Assembly: GCA_018673475.1 (NCBI GenBank)
Contig: JABHCN010000010.1
Coordinates: 37,138 to 101,137 of the forward strand
DNA from: Actinomycetota bacterium
GTDB lineage: Bacteria; Actinomycetota; Acidimicrobiia; Acidimicrobiales; MedAcidi-G1
Length of the DNA stretch: 64,000 bases
Direction: 5' to 3'
Positions 38,713 through 52,192 of this stretch are shown here, piece by piece. The translations under genes and the position numbers were made by a program. Position 1 is the first letter of the stretch. Each line of letters starts with the position of its first letter. Under the pieces are notes generated by a model. That model was given only the letters and a program-made list of their open reading frames with translations. It did no database searches and was not told where the DNA came from.

Positions 38713-40206
38713 TCAGTCGTAGACGAGGGCTCCGTCGTCGAGGTCGGCTACCGGCAACGCCTCACGGTCCGCCCAGTAGTCCTGGGTGTGCCGCCATGGC
38801 TCGTTGGAGCCCTGGCTGGGGAGCAGGTGCATGGCACGCATCAGGTAGCCGGGGTTGAAGTTCTCCGAGTCCAGCCACGGGAGGAGTTCCATGTCGGCGT
38901 CCTCGTCGCGGAGCACTGGTGTGGCCACAGAGGCTCCCAGCTCGTCCATGTGTTTGAGCAGCCGGCACACGAGGTCGGCGATCAGGTCGGCGCGTAGGGT
39001 CCAGCTGGCCCGGAAGTACCCGAAGATCCATGCCATGTTCGGGACGCCGGTGAACATCATCCCCCGGTAGCCGACCGTGTCTGAGAACACGAGGGGTTCG
39101 CCGTCGATGCTGAACTCGATGTCGCCCAGCACGCTCAGCTCAAAGCCGGTGGCGGTGATGATGATGTCGGCCTCGAGGTGGTCACCCGACTTGAGTTGGA
39201 TACCGGTCTCGGTGAACTCGACTATCTCGTCGGTAACCACCGAGGCGTCACCGGCGGCAATGGTGTGGAACAGGTCGCCGTCGGGGATGAGGGCAAGGCG
39301 CTGCTGCCATGGCCGGTATGCAGGGGTGAAGTGGGGGCTGACGTCGAAATCCTCTCCCAGGATGTCCCTGATGCCCTTGTAGAGCTCCTCGCGCACCATG
39401 TCGGGGTACTCGAAGGACAGCTCGATCACTGCCGCCTGGTCGTGGAGGATCTTGCGTCGCACGATCTCGTGGGTCCACTCCTCAGGGATGTCCAGTTCCC
39501 GGAGCGTGTCGGCCATCTCGTTGCTGTTGGGCCGGGCCACGAAGAACGTGGGCGAGCGCTGCAGCATCGTGACGTGGCCGCATTCGTCGGCCATGGCCGG
39601 GATGAGTGTCGCGGCCGTGGCGCCTGAACCTATGACGACCACCTGCTTGTCCGTGTAGTCAAGGTCGTCTGGCCATGTCTGGGGGTGCACGATCTGGCCC
39701 TCGAAGCGGTCCATGCCCTCCCACTCGGGTGTGTAGCCCCTGGAGTGGCGGTAGTACCCCTGGCACATCCAGAGGAAGTCACCTGTGAACGTGGCCTGTT
39801 CACCGGTGTCGGTGCGGGTGACCTCAAGCGTCCAACGCCTGTTGTCGGTCGACCATGTGGCGGCCGTGATGGTGTGGTTGTAGCGGATGTGGCGGTCCAG
39901 GTCGTTGTCGTCGATCACCTCGCCCATGTAGGTGAGGATCTCGTCGGCGGTGGCGATGGGTGGACCGGTCCATGGCTTGAACCGGTATCCGAATGTGTAG
40001 AGGTCGCTGTCTGATCGGATACCGGGGTAGGTGTGGGTCTTCCATGTCCCGCCGAAGCCGTCCATGGTCTCGATCATCACAAAGGTCTTGTCGGGGCACT
40101 GCTGGGAGAGGTGGTAGGCGCCACCCACGCCGGAGATTCCGGCACCCACGATCAGTACGTCAAAGTGCTCAGACCCGTTGTCGCTCACCGTCCCAGCGTC
40201 GCCCAT
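38713..40206 (-). CDS. Flavin-dependent Baeyer-Villiger-type monooxygenase (EthA-like)
   Basis: Start at ATG 40206 (MGDAGTVSDNGSEHFDVLIVGAGISG). BVMO fingerprint FEGQIVHPQTWP. Second Rossmann motif VVVIGSGATA. Confidence 0.85.
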   Translation of the reverse strand: MGDAGTVSDNGSEHFDVLIVGAGISGVGGAYHLSQQCPDKTFVMIETMDGFGGTWKTHTYPGIRSDSDLYTFGYRFKPWTGPPIATADEILTYMGEVIDDNDLDRHIRYNHTITAATWSTDNRRWTLEVTRTDTGEQATFTGDFLWMCQGYYRHSRGYTPEWEGMDRFEGQIVHPQTWPDDLDYTDKQVVVIGSGATAATLIPAMADECGHVTMLQRSPTFFVARPNSNEMADTLRELDIPEEWTHEIVRRKILHDQAAVIELSFEYPDMVREELYKGIRDILGEDFDVSPHFTPAYRPWQQRLALIPDGDLFHTIAAGDASVVTDEIVEFTETGIQLKSGDHLEADIIITATGFELSVLGDIEFSIDGEPLVFSDTVGYRGMMFTGVPNMAWIFGYFRASWTLRADLIADLVCRLLKHMDELGASVATPVLRDEDADMELLPWLDSENFNPGYLMRAMHLLPSQGSNEPWRHTQDYWADREALPVADLDDGALVYD

Positions 40207-40367
40207 CCGGGCAGCGTGTGCCACATCCGAGGGCCTCTTTGGCCAGACCCACTGCGATCGGTCGTGGTGATCCCACAACGGAGGTCCACTCTGGGGACCT
40301 GAATCGCAAACTCCGTTACGGCATCTGTCTGGCCGCACGCCGGAGATCAGGACTTTCGTCCCTATCC

Positions 40368-41396
40368 ATGTACCCGCTCAGACCGAATGATGGCATGCGA
40401 GCAGAAGACGGGGACAGCCGCATTCTGGAATCGAGAGGGGCAGTACAGGTGCAGTCGACGGTTCCCCGCAGGACACGCCTTCGTGCGTGGTTGCCCGTAC
40501 CCATGTTGGCACTACTGGCAGCCGTCTGGCTCGCTGCCGGATCCCCTGCGGCAGCGCAGTCGGCCGACGATGGCGAAGCCGTCTTCAGCGCGAAATGCGC
40601 CGCCTGCCACACGATCGGTGGCGGGACCCTGGTCGGACCAGACCTGGAGGGGGTGAGCGACCGGCGAGAGCCGGAGTGGCTCTCGAGGTGGATCGCGGAA
40701 CCCGACCTGATGTTGGCAGAGGGTGAGCCGATCGCCACCGACATGCTCGCCGAGTTCAACAACATTCCAATGCCCAACCTGGGCCTGACCGACGTCGAGG
40801 TAGCAAGCCTCGTCGCCTACCTGGATGCCCGCTCCGGAGCCACCGCAGTGTCCGAACCGGAGCAGGTGCAGGCTGTCGAACCGATCGTGGTCGGCCCGTT
40901 CGAGCCGAGCGGCGACACCGGCAAGCGCCTCTTCGAGGGCTCGGACCGATTCGACAACGGCGGCCCGCCGTGCCTGGCCTGCCACAGCATCGCCGGCATC
41001 GGCGCCCTGGGTGGAGGAGCGCTCGGACCCGACCTGACCGGCGCGTACGGCAAGTTCGGCGAAAGCGGCATGGCCTCGATCCTGGCCGCCCCCCCCTTCC
41101 AGACCATGAGCCCGATCTTCGACGATCGGCCGCTCACCGAAGAGGAGCAGGCGCACCTGGCACTGTTCCTGAGCCAGGCCGCGGTGAGCAGCCGGACGGC
41201 GGCATCGGTGGGCCAGCTGGCGCTGCTGGGCGCAGCCGGAGCGGTAGTTCTCCTCCTGGCGACGCAACTCCTCTGGAGGCGGCGCCTCAGAGAGGTGCGT
41301 CGGCCGATGGTGGCCAGGTCACGTGCCCGGATCGAACGCTCCAGGCAGGCCGAAGACGAGCGACGGGGCACGACCTCCGAAACGGAAAGCAGGTAG
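40368..41396 (+). CDS. narC: Membrane-anchored dihaem c-type cytochrome, NarC-like
   Basis: Two CXXCH motifs (CAACH, CLACH). N-terminal signal-like segment [28 protein letters not shown]-terminal TM helix [23 protein letters not shown] plus a basic tail. The stop is 4 nt before narG. ATG 40368 or 40395 could be the start. Confidence 0.72.
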   Translation: MYPLRPNDGMRAEDGDSRILESRGAVQVQSTVPRRTRLRAWLPVPMLALLAAVWLAAGSPAAAQSADDGEAVFSAKCAACHTIGGGTLVGPDLEGVSDRREPEWLSRWIAEPDLMLAEGEPIATDMLAEFNNIPMPNLGLTDVEVASLVAYLDARSGATAVSEPEQVQAVEPIVVGPFEPSGDTGKRLFEGSDRFDNGGPPCLACHSIAGIGALGGGALGPDLTGAYGKFGESGMASILAAPPFQTMSPIFDDRPLTEEEQAHLALFLSQAAVSSRTAASVGQLALLGAAGAVVLLLATQLLWRRRLREVRRPMVARSRARIERSRQAEDERRGTTSETESR

Positions 41397-41400
41397 ACAA

Positions 41401-45045
<3,645 letters not shown>

Positions 45046-45072
45046 TGTACGAGACGAACGGGAGCACCTGAG

Positions 45073-46581
45073 ATGGATATTAGGGCCCAGGTATCGATGG
45101 TCTTCCATCTGGACAAGTGCATTGGCTGTCACACGTGCAGCGTCGCGTGCAAGAACATCTGGACCGACCGCGAAGGCGTTGAGTACCAGTGGTGGAACAA
45201 CGTGGAGACCAAGCCCGGTACCGGCTACCCCACCCTCTGGGAGAACCAGGACGAGTACAAGGGAGGCTGGGAGGCGGAGGACGGTCGGCTGCAACTCAAG
45301 TTGCAGAGCAAGATCGGCACGCTCGGCAACATCTTCTACAACCGTCGGCTGCCCACCGTCAACGACTACTACGAGCCCTGGACCTACGACTACGAGCATC
45401 TCTTCAACGCGCCTGAGGGCGATGACCAGCCGACTGCCCGGCCGATCTCGCTGATCACCGGTGAGTTCATGGAGATCGAGTCCGGCCCAAACTGGGATGA
45501 CGATCTGGGTGGCTCACCCGTGTACGCCTCCAACGACCCGAACGTGGGTTCGCTGACCGACGAGGAGAGGACCCAGCTGAACGAGATCGAGAGGGTGATG
45601 TTCTTCTACCTGCCTCGGATCTGCAACCACTGCATCAACCCGGGCTGTGTGGCTGCGTGTCCTGCCGGGGCCGCCTACAAGCGTGGCGAGGACGGGATCG
45701 TTCTCGTCAACCAGGACAAGTGCCGTGCATGGCGGATGTGCATCTCAGGATGTCCCTATAAGAAGGTGTACTACAACTGGTCAACGGGCAAGTCGGAGAA
45801 GTGCGTCCTCTGCTTCCCACGGCTTGAGAGCGGTCAGGCACCGGCCTGTTTCCACTCGTGCGTCGGCCGAATCCGCTATCTGGGGGTACTGCTGTACGAC
45901 GCCGACCGGATAGAGGAGGTTGCGAGTTCGCCAGAATCCGAGTTGGTTGAGGCACAGCGGGGAATCATCCAGGACCCGTTCGACCCAGAGGTTATTGCTG
46001 CGGCAAAGGCCAACGGTGTCACCGACGGAATGCTCCAGGCAGCAAAGCATTCGCCTGTGTACAAGTTCGTCAAGGAGTGGAAGTTGGCCCTGCCGCTCCA
46101 CCCCGAATTCCGTACGGTGCCGATGCTCTACTACGTGCCCCCCATGTTGCCGGTCCTCGCCAAGATGAAGGACGGCAAGTACGACGTTGCCGATGCAGAG
46201 GTCGAGGGTCTCAAGCCACAGTTGACGTCGTTGGAGAACGCCAGAGCTCCGTTGGCCTACATGGCCAACCTGTTCTCGGCTGGCAACGAGGACATCGTGA
46301 CCGAGGTCTACCGGAAGCTCATCGCCGTTCGTGTCTACAAGCGTGCCGAGAAGGTCGGAGACATAACCCAGGAGGAGGCGCAGGAGGCTCTGGCGTTGGG
46401 GAACATGACAGCTGAGGAGGCTGAGGCCATCTTCCGTCTCACGGCGCTGCCCTCATTCGAGGAGCGCTTCGTCGTGCCTCCGCTGGCCCGTGAGGTGGCC
46501 ATCGAGCAGATCGAGAGCCCCTACGACCGAAAGCGCGAGGGCGGGTTCGGTAGCCGCACCGCTCCTGGCAGGAGGTGGTGA
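45073..46581 (+). CDS. narH: Respiratory nitrate reductase beta subunit
   Basis: Four Fe-S cysteine groups: CIGCHTCSVAC, CNHCINPGCVAACP, CRAWRMCISGCPY, CVLCFPRLESGQAPACFHSCVGRIRYLG. Confidence 0.93.
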   Translation: MDIRAQVSMVFHLDKCIGCHTCSVACKNIWTDREGVEYQWWNNVETKPGTGYPTLWENQDEYKGGWEAEDGRLQLKLQSKIGTLGNIFYNRRLPTVNDYYEPWTYDYEHLFNAPEGDDQPTARPISLITGEFMEIESGPNWDDDLGGSPVYASNDPNVGSLTDEERTQLNEIERVMFFYLPRICNHCINPGCVAACPAGAAYKRGEDGIVLVNQDKCRAWRMCISGCPYKKVYYNWSTGKSEKCVLCFPRLESGQAPACFHSCVGRIRYLGVLLYDADRIEEVASSPESELVEAQRGIIQDPFDPEVIAAAKANGVTDGMLQAAKHSPVYKFVKEWKLALPLHPEFRTVPMLYYVPPMLPVLAKMKDGKYDVADAEVEGLKPQLTSLENARAPLAYMANLFSAGNEDIVTEVYRKLIAVRVYKRAEKVGDITQEEAQEALALGNMTAEEAEAIFRLTALPSFEERFVVPPLAREVAIEQIESPYDRKREGGFGSRTAPGRRW

Positions 46582-47198
46582 CCGTGGAGGACCGGGCAAC
46601 AGCGAGGTCTGTCTGGGGGCTCTATGCCGGGCTGCTCGACTACCCGTCTGAGAACCCTCTGGACGCCATCGGGGAGTGTCGGAGCCTGATCGCAGGGGTT
46701 TCGCCTGAGGCCGATGCCCTGCTGGCCCGGTTCCAGGAGTTCGTCGAAGGGTCAACCTTTGGCCGCCTGCAGGAGGAGTACACCCGGGCATTCGACATGG
46801 ACGAATCCCGCAGCCTGTACGTGGGCTATCACCTGCTGGGTGAGAGCTACAAGAGAAGCGCGATGCTCCTTGAGTTCATGGAGCGGTACCGGGCGCACGG
46901 GATGGAGTCGGCTGGGGAACTGGCCGACCACCTGCCGGTGGTTCTGCGGTTTCTGACCGTGTGCGACGACCAGGACATGGTCGACGAGATCGTCTATGAC
47001 GCGGTCTGGCCCACCCTTGAGATGATCTCAAAGGACACCGATGACGACGCGGACCCGGAAGAAGAGGGACCGCCGGCGGCAGCCCCCCTTCCCTACCACG
47101 AGTTGTTGGATTCCCTGCTTCTGTTTGTGCGGGCCTCCACATCCGGTAGCACTCAACCGCTCGCAGCAACCACTGCTGTGGGGTGGCCGACAACGTGA
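46575..47198 (+). CDS. narJ: Nitrate reductase molybdenum cofactor assembly chaperone
   Basis: Position between narH and narI. YTRAFDMDESRSLYVGYHLLGESYKR resembles NarJ/DmsD-type chaperones. Confidence 0.8.
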   Translation: MVTVEDRATARSVWGLYAGLLDYPSENPLDAIGECRSLIAGVSPEADALLARFQEFVEGSTFGRLQEEYTRAFDMDESRSLYVGYHLLGESYKRSAMLLEFMERYRAHGMESAGELADHLPVVLRFLTVCDDQDMVDEIVYDAVWPTLEMISKDTDDDADPEEEGPPAAAPLPYHELLDSLLLFVRASTSGSTQPLAATTAVGWPTT

Positions 47199-47211
47199 GG
47201 AGAGGTTGACA

Positions 47212-47907
47212 ATGTTGGATGACGTGCTGTTCGTGGTCTTCCCGTACCTGACGTTTATCACCGCCGTTTGGGTCGGGATCTACCGTTTTCGAAATGACCG
47301 CTTCTCCTATTCAACCCAGTCATCCCAGTTCCTGGAGAACCGGATGCTGAGTTGGGGTTCGGCGCCATGGCACTACGCGATCCTGACGATCCTGACGGCC
47401 CACTTCGTAGCCCTCTTGGTTCCGTCCATCTGGGCATCAGCGATCTCGGCACCGATTCGTCTGTACATCCTCGAGGTGACGGGGCTGTCGTTGGCGTTGG
47501 TGGCCGTCTTTGCGCTCTGCGTGCTCGTCTATCGGCGTCTGACCACGGCCACGGTGCGGTCCGTGACGACGCCAGCCGACTGGTTGCTGCTCGCCCTCTT
47601 GTTGACCCAGGTGGCACTGGGGTTCTGGGTGGCTCTCTTCTTCCGTTGGGGTGCCGACTGGTACCTGCACACGACGGTGCCGTGGGTCGTCTCCCTCGTG
47701 AAGTTCCAGCCCGACGCCGCAACCGTCACGACGCTTCCGTGGGTGGTCAAACTCCACATCCTCGGCGGGTTCGCCATTATCGGCGTGTTTCCGTTCACAC
47801 GCCTCGTGCACGCTGTGATCTGGCCCATCAGTTACCTGTGGAGGCCGCACCAGGTGGTGATCTGGAACAAGAAGTTGACCCGCACCTCGGGTGACGGGCC
47901 GCGCTGA
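47212..47907 (+). CDS. narI: Respiratory nitrate reductase gamma subunit (dihaem b, quinol oxidising)
   Basis: Start at ATG 47212 (MLDDVLFVVFPYLTF, GAGGAGAGG upstream). Five hydrophobic helices with conserved His residues (WHYAILTILTAHF; HILGGF...FTRLVH). Confidence 0.88.
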   Translation: MLDDVLFVVFPYLTFITAVWVGIYRFRNDRFSYSTQSSQFLENRMLSWGSAPWHYAILTILTAHFVALLVPSIWASAISAPIRLYILEVTGLSLALVAVFALCVLVYRRLTTATVRSVTTPADWLLLALLLTQVALGFWVALFFRWGADWYLHTTVPWVVSLVKFQPDAATVTTLPWVVKLHILGGFAIIGVFPFTRLVHAVIWPISYLWRPHQVVIWNKKLTRTSGDGPR

Positions 47908-47909
47908 TC

Positions 47910-49493
47910 GTGGACGAGGACACAGGGTCGGCCACATCTGAGGTACCGCCGAAACTGCTGGATCTGGGGCAGGAACGAATAAGGACCCTCCACTACACGT
48001 GGATCGCGTTCTTCATGACGTTCTACGTCTGGTTCAACATGGCGCCCCTGGCGACCACGATGCTGGACTCGGTTGGCTGGCTCACCACCGAGCACATCAA
48101 GATCTTGTTGATTGCCAACGTGGCGTTGACCATTCCGGCCCGCATCATCATCGGTGCGCTGATCGACCGTTACGGCGCCCGTATTGTGTTCTCAGGCCTG
48201 ATGGTCGCCATGGCGGTTCCCACGGTGGTGTTCACGCTCGCCGATTCGTTCCTTCAGATGCTCCTGGCCCGGTTGGTGTTGAGTTCGGTCGGTGCCGGTT
48301 TCGTCATTGGTATCAAGATGGTTGCCCAGTGGTTCCCGCCCAAGTACATCGGTAGGGCTGAGGGCTTCTATGCCGGCTGGGGCAACTTCGGTTCGGCCTT
48401 TGCCGCCATGACCCTGCCCTGGTTCGCCATCACGATCATGGGCGACTGGCTGGGCCTGGGCGACGACGCCTGGCGTTGGGCAATGGCCCTCAACGGTGTC
48501 GTAATGGGCGCCTACGGCGTCCTCTACTACTTCCTCGTCAGGGACGTGCCGGAGGGCGAGGTACTGCACAAGTCCAACAGGACCGAGCCGATGATGGTCT
48601 CGTCGTACGGCGACCTCCTCCAGTACATCGTCTGGTCGTTCCCACTCATCGGGGCCCTCGGGGTATTGGCGTGGCGGGTCGGTGGTGTGAAGATCGACGG
48701 CGATCCGGTTCTGTCCAGCAGGGTCCTGTGGACCGTCTACGGCCTCTTGGCGGTTGCCTACCTGTGGCATGTGGTCAAGGTGCTCCAGGTCAACCTGCCG
48801 TATCTGAAGGCCGGAGTTCCAGAGGACGAGAAGTACCACTGGGGAAGTGTCGCTGCTCTGAACAGCACCTACTTCGCCAACTTCGGTGCCGAGCTGGCCG
48901 TGGTCTCGATGCTTCCGTCGTTTTTTGAGAACACCTTCGTCCCGTTGACGGGTAGTTCAGGGCAGCAGATCGTGACCGCAACCGTGGCAGGCGTCGTGGC
49001 CGCCTCGTTTGCCTTCGTGAACCTCGTTGCCAGGCCCCTCGGTGGTTATCTCTCGGACCTGATGTCCAGCCGGAAGAAGACGATGCTCGTGTACATGATC
49101 GGGATCGTCGTCGGGTTCTTCTTCATGGCATTTATCGGGAAGTGGGGTTCCGGGGTGGATGCCGATGGGTTGCGGACTGTCGTGCCGACGTTCGGCGGTA
49201 TCGGATGGCTGGTTGTGGCGGTGGCCATCACCGTCTTCGCCTCGGTCTTCGTACAGGGCGCCGAGGGCGCCACGTTCGCCGTCATTCCGATGATCAACCC
49301 TCGGATGACCGGTCAGATAGCCGGCATGGCCGGTGCCTACGGCAACGTCGGTGCCGTCATCTACCTGGTCATCTTCTCGCTGGTCGACTCGCGGACCTTT
49401 TTCTTCATCATGGCGGGTGGAGCCCTGGCCAGCTTCGTCGTCGTGTTGTTCATGCTGGAAGAACCGGAGGGCTCCTTCGAGGGGGGGGTTTGA
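47910..49493 (+). CDS. narK: MFS nitrate/nitrite porter (NNP family), NarK1-type
   Basis: About 12 TM helices. HYTWIAFFMTFYVWFNMAPL and GFYAGWGNFGSAFA (NNP signature-like). Starts 2 nt after the narI stop. Confidence 0.85.
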   Translation: MDEDTGSATSEVPPKLLDLGQERIRTLHYTWIAFFMTFYVWFNMAPLATTMLDSVGWLTTEHIKILLIANVALTIPARIIIGALIDRYGARIVFSGLMVAMAVPTVVFTLADSFLQMLLARLVLSSVGAGFVIGIKMVAQWFPPKYIGRAEGFYAGWGNFGSAFAAMTLPWFAITIMGDWLGLGDDAWRWAMALNGVVMGAYGVLYYFLVRDVPEGEVLHKSNRTEPMMVSSYGDLLQYIVWSFPLIGALGVLAWRVGGVKIDGDPVLSSRVLWTVYGLLAVAYLWHVVKVLQVNLPYLKAGVPEDEKYHWGSVAALNSTYFANFGAELAVVSMLPSFFENTFVPLTGSSGQQIVTATVAGVVAASFAFVNLVARPLGGYLSDLMSSRKKTMLVYMIGIVVGFFFMAFIGKWGSGVDADGLRTVVPTFGGIGWLVVAVAITVFASVFVQGAEGATFAVIPMINPRMTGQIAGMAGAYGNVGAVIYLVIFSLVDSRTFFFIMAGGALASFVVVLFMLEEPEGSFEGGV

Positions 49494-49613
49494 CCCCGAC
49501 CATCAGGAACACCCGGGAGCGCATCCGGCCGACCACCCGTGCAGCGGTGTGTGGGCGACGAGCGGAGGCCTCACCCAGAAGTGCCGGCTCACTGCCTAGG
49601 AGAAGGAACCAGA

Positions 49614-51212
49614 ATGGTTGACATCCACGAATGGGAGGTCGAGGACGACGACTTCTGGGAGAGCACGGGTAAGAAGATCGCAACCCGGAACCTCTGGATA
49701 TCGATTCCCAGCCTGTTGTGCGGGTTTGCCGTGTGGCTCTACTGGAGTGTCATCACGGTCCAGATGCTCAACCTGGGTTTCCCATTCACCACTGCCGAAC
49801 TATTCACGCTGTCGGCGATAGCCGGCCTGGCGGGCGCCACCCTGCGGATTCCGAGCAGCTTCCTGGTTCGTATCGCCGGCGGTCGGAACACGATCTTCTT
49901 CACCACGGCGTTGCTCATGATCCCGGCGGTCGGCACCGGCTTCGCGCTGCTGTCACAGGACACCCCGCTCTGGGCTTTCCAGTTGCTGGCCTTCCTCTCC
50001 GGATTCGGCGGCGGCAACTTTGCGTCTTCGATGTCCAACATCAGCTTCTTCTACCCCAAGCGCACCCAGGGCCTTGCCCTCGGGCTGAACGCCGGCCTCG
50101 GCAACGCAGGTGTGACGACCATGCAGATCCTGATTCCGCTGGTGATGACCTTCGGCGTGTTCGAGAGCCCGATGGTCCTGGAAAGGACCTCGGGAACGCT
50201 CATCGGAAAGATCGCAGCCGGGACCGAGACCTGGATCCACAACGCCGGGTTCGTCTGGCTGTTGCTGCTCGTTCCGCTGGGCTTCCTGGGCTGGCGCAAG
50301 ATGGACACTATTCGGACCGAGAGCGTCTCACCCGACATCGGTTCGACGCTGACATCGTTCGGGAGAATCAGCGGCATGTTGGGCATGGCCTTCATCCCGG
50401 CCGCCGCCGGGCTGTACGTCATCCTTCCCAACCCCACCGGACTGGGTTGGACATGGGCCAAGTACCCGATCATCGGCCTGGTCATCTGGTCGACGGTCCT
50501 GCTGTTGAAGCAGTTGCGGGGCGATGTCAGGCTAAACCTGAAACGACAGTTCAAGATCTTCAGCAACAAGCACACCTGGGTCATGAGCGTCATCTACACG
50601 ATGACGTTCGGCAGCTTCATCGGCTACTCGGCCGGGTTCGCCCTGGCCATCAAGGTCATCTTCGGCTTCCAGCACGTGATGGTGGATGGCGTGATGACCC
50701 ACGACCTGATTAATCCCGACGGTCCGTCGGCTCTCACCTATGCGTGGATGGGGCCGTTCATCGGGGCCTTCATCCGTCCGATCGGTGGGTGGATTGCCGA
50801 CAAGCTGGGTGGAGCCCGGGTCACCGAATGGGTTGCGGTGACGATGATCGCCAGCGCCCTGGGTGTGGCCTACTTCATGAAGCAGGCGTACCAGTCGGCG
50901 ACGCCACAGGACCATTTTGTTCCGTTCTTCCTGTTGTTCCTCGTCCTGTTCGCCGCTACGGGCGTGGGAAACGGTTCCACCTTCCGCACGATCGCCATCG
51001 TGTTCGAACAGGAGCAGAGAGGACCGGTGCTGGGCTGGACCTCGGCGGTGGCGGCCTATGGGGCCTTTGTGGTGCCACAGGAGTTCGGTGAGCAGATCGC
51101 CAACACGACCCCAGAGGTCGCCCTCTATGCGTTTGCGGCCTTCTACGCCGCCTGCTTGGTATTGAATCGCTGGTACTACCTGAGGTCGAAGGCCGAGTAC
51201 TCCAACCCGTAG
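49614..51212 (+). CDS. narK: MFS nitrate/nitrite antiporter, NarK2-type
   Basis: Start at ATG 49614 (AGGAGAAGG upstream). RNLWISIPSLLCGFAVW, GFGGGNFASSMSNISFFYPK and GLNAGLGNAGV (NNP signatures). Confidence 0.88.
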   Translation: MVDIHEWEVEDDDFWESTGKKIATRNLWISIPSLLCGFAVWLYWSVITVQMLNLGFPFTTAELFTLSAIAGLAGATLRIPSSFLVRIAGGRNTIFFTTALLMIPAVGTGFALLSQDTPLWAFQLLAFLSGFGGGNFASSMSNISFFYPKRTQGLALGLNAGLGNAGVTTMQILIPLVMTFGVFESPMVLERTSGTLIGKIAAGTETWIHNAGFVWLLLLVPLGFLGWRKMDTIRTESVSPDIGSTLTSFGRISGMLGMAFIPAAAGLYVILPNPTGLGWTWAKYPIIGLVIWSTVLLLKQLRGDVRLNLKRQFKIFSNKHTWVMSVIYTMTFGSFIGYSAGFALAIKVIFGFQHVMVDGVMTHDLINPDGPSALTYAWMGPFIGAFIRPIGGWIADKLGGARVTEWVAVTMIASALGVAYFMKQAYQSATPQDHFVPFFLLFLVLFAATGVGNGSTFRTIAIVFEQEQRGPVLGWTSAVAAYGAFVVPQEFGEQIANTTPEVALYAFAAFYAACLVLNRWYYLRSKAEYSNP

Positions 51213-51289
51213 CCTTGTCTGCCGGTGTCGCCTGGATCACTTCTGCCTGCACCCTGGGTTGACCCAAGAGTCGGGCTGTTGGTAGCAAA

Positions 51290-52192
51290 TTGAGCTTGGA
51301 CACTGGGGAAGCGGCGCGTCGGTGGCGGGAGATGAGCCCCGAGGAACGGGAGGTGGCCTACTCGCCTAGTTCCTGTATCGGTGGCGACTACACCCCGTTC
51401 ATTGCCGCCTACCGGGACCGCAGCGCCGAGGCGCGGGCGTGCGTAGCCGGATGGTGCGAATACCGGTATGGGCCAGCGCCTTCGGAGCGCCTCGACTTCT
51501 TCCCGGCGGCTGGCGATGGTGGGCCTGCGCCGCTGATCGTGTTCATCCATGGCGGCTACTGGCAGGAACTCTCAAAGGACGACTCCTCGTTTTCGGCACC
51601 TGCCTGGGTTGACAGGGGTGTGGCGTTCGCCGCCCTCGGCTACACGTTGGCCCCGGAGGCGTCGCTTGTTGAGATCGTGGCCGAGTGCCGCAGGGCGGTG
51701 TTATGGCTGTATGAGAACGCGGGCGACCTGGGGGTCGACAAGCGGCGAGTGGTGGTCGCCGGTAGTTCCGCTGGAGCGCATCTTGCCGCGATGGTCGCGG
51801 TGCCTGAGTGGCAGGAGGGCACGGGCCTTCCCGACGATCCGGTGGCCGCCACGGTCCTGATGTCGGGGATCTTCAACCTGGAGCCACTGCTCGGTACTGC
51901 GATCGCCGAACCGTTGTGCCTCACGGATCAGGATGTGGCCGAGCTGAGCCCCACCAGACTCCAACTCGGAGACTTTCCTCCGAGCGTCGTCTGCTGGGGT
52001 GAGGTGGAGACCGACGAGTTCAAGTCGCAGAGCCGGGACTTCGCAGCGCGTCTGGATGAGGCCGGGACTCCGTGCACGTCATTTGAGGTGTCGGGGAGGA
52101 ACCACTTCGACGTGGTGTTCGAATTGGCCGACCCCGGGTCACTGACGGGGATGGAAGTAACCTCGCTGCTCAAGTTGCCCAAGGAGGCGTAG
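51290..52192 (+). CDS. kynB: Alpha/beta-hydrolase, arylformamidase (kynurenine formamidase)-like
   Basis: HGGYW oxyanion motif and VVAGSSAGAH nucleophile elbow. Directly followed by the TDO-like gene with a 1-nt overlap. Confidence 0.6.
   Translation: MSLDTGEAARRWREMSPEEREVAYSPSSCIGGDYTPFIAAYRDRSAEARACVAGWCEYRYGPAPSERLDFFPAAGDGGPAPLIVFIHGGYWQELSKDDSSFSAPAWVDRGVAFAALGYTLAPEASLVEIVAECRRAVLWLYENAGDLGVDKRRVVVAGSSAGAHLAAMVAVPEWQEGTGLPDDPVAATVLMSGIFNLEPLLGTAIAEPLCLTDQDVAELSPTRLQLGDFPPSVVCWGEVETDEFKSQSRDFAARLDEAGTPCTSFEVSGRNHFDVVFELADPGSLTGMEVTSLLKLPKEA

Noticed and set aside
40282-40300. Inverted repeat AGGTCC-N7-GGACCT upstream of narC as an FNR/CRP or DosR site
   Set aside because: It does not match TTGAT-N4-ATCAA. 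The half-site orientation (GTCC...GGAC) is the reverse of the DosR core (GGGAC...GTCCC). It is too short to call without a search.
39993-40367. ORF-track N-terminal extension of the cytochrome c gene. The same applies to 24733-24954 for acs.
   Set aside because: The extensions are Arg/Ser/Pro-rich and overlap or abut the neighbouring gene (the monooxygenase on the opposite strand). Internal ATGs give sensible N-termini: a signal peptide for the cytochrome, and MSEPTIEDYY for Acs.
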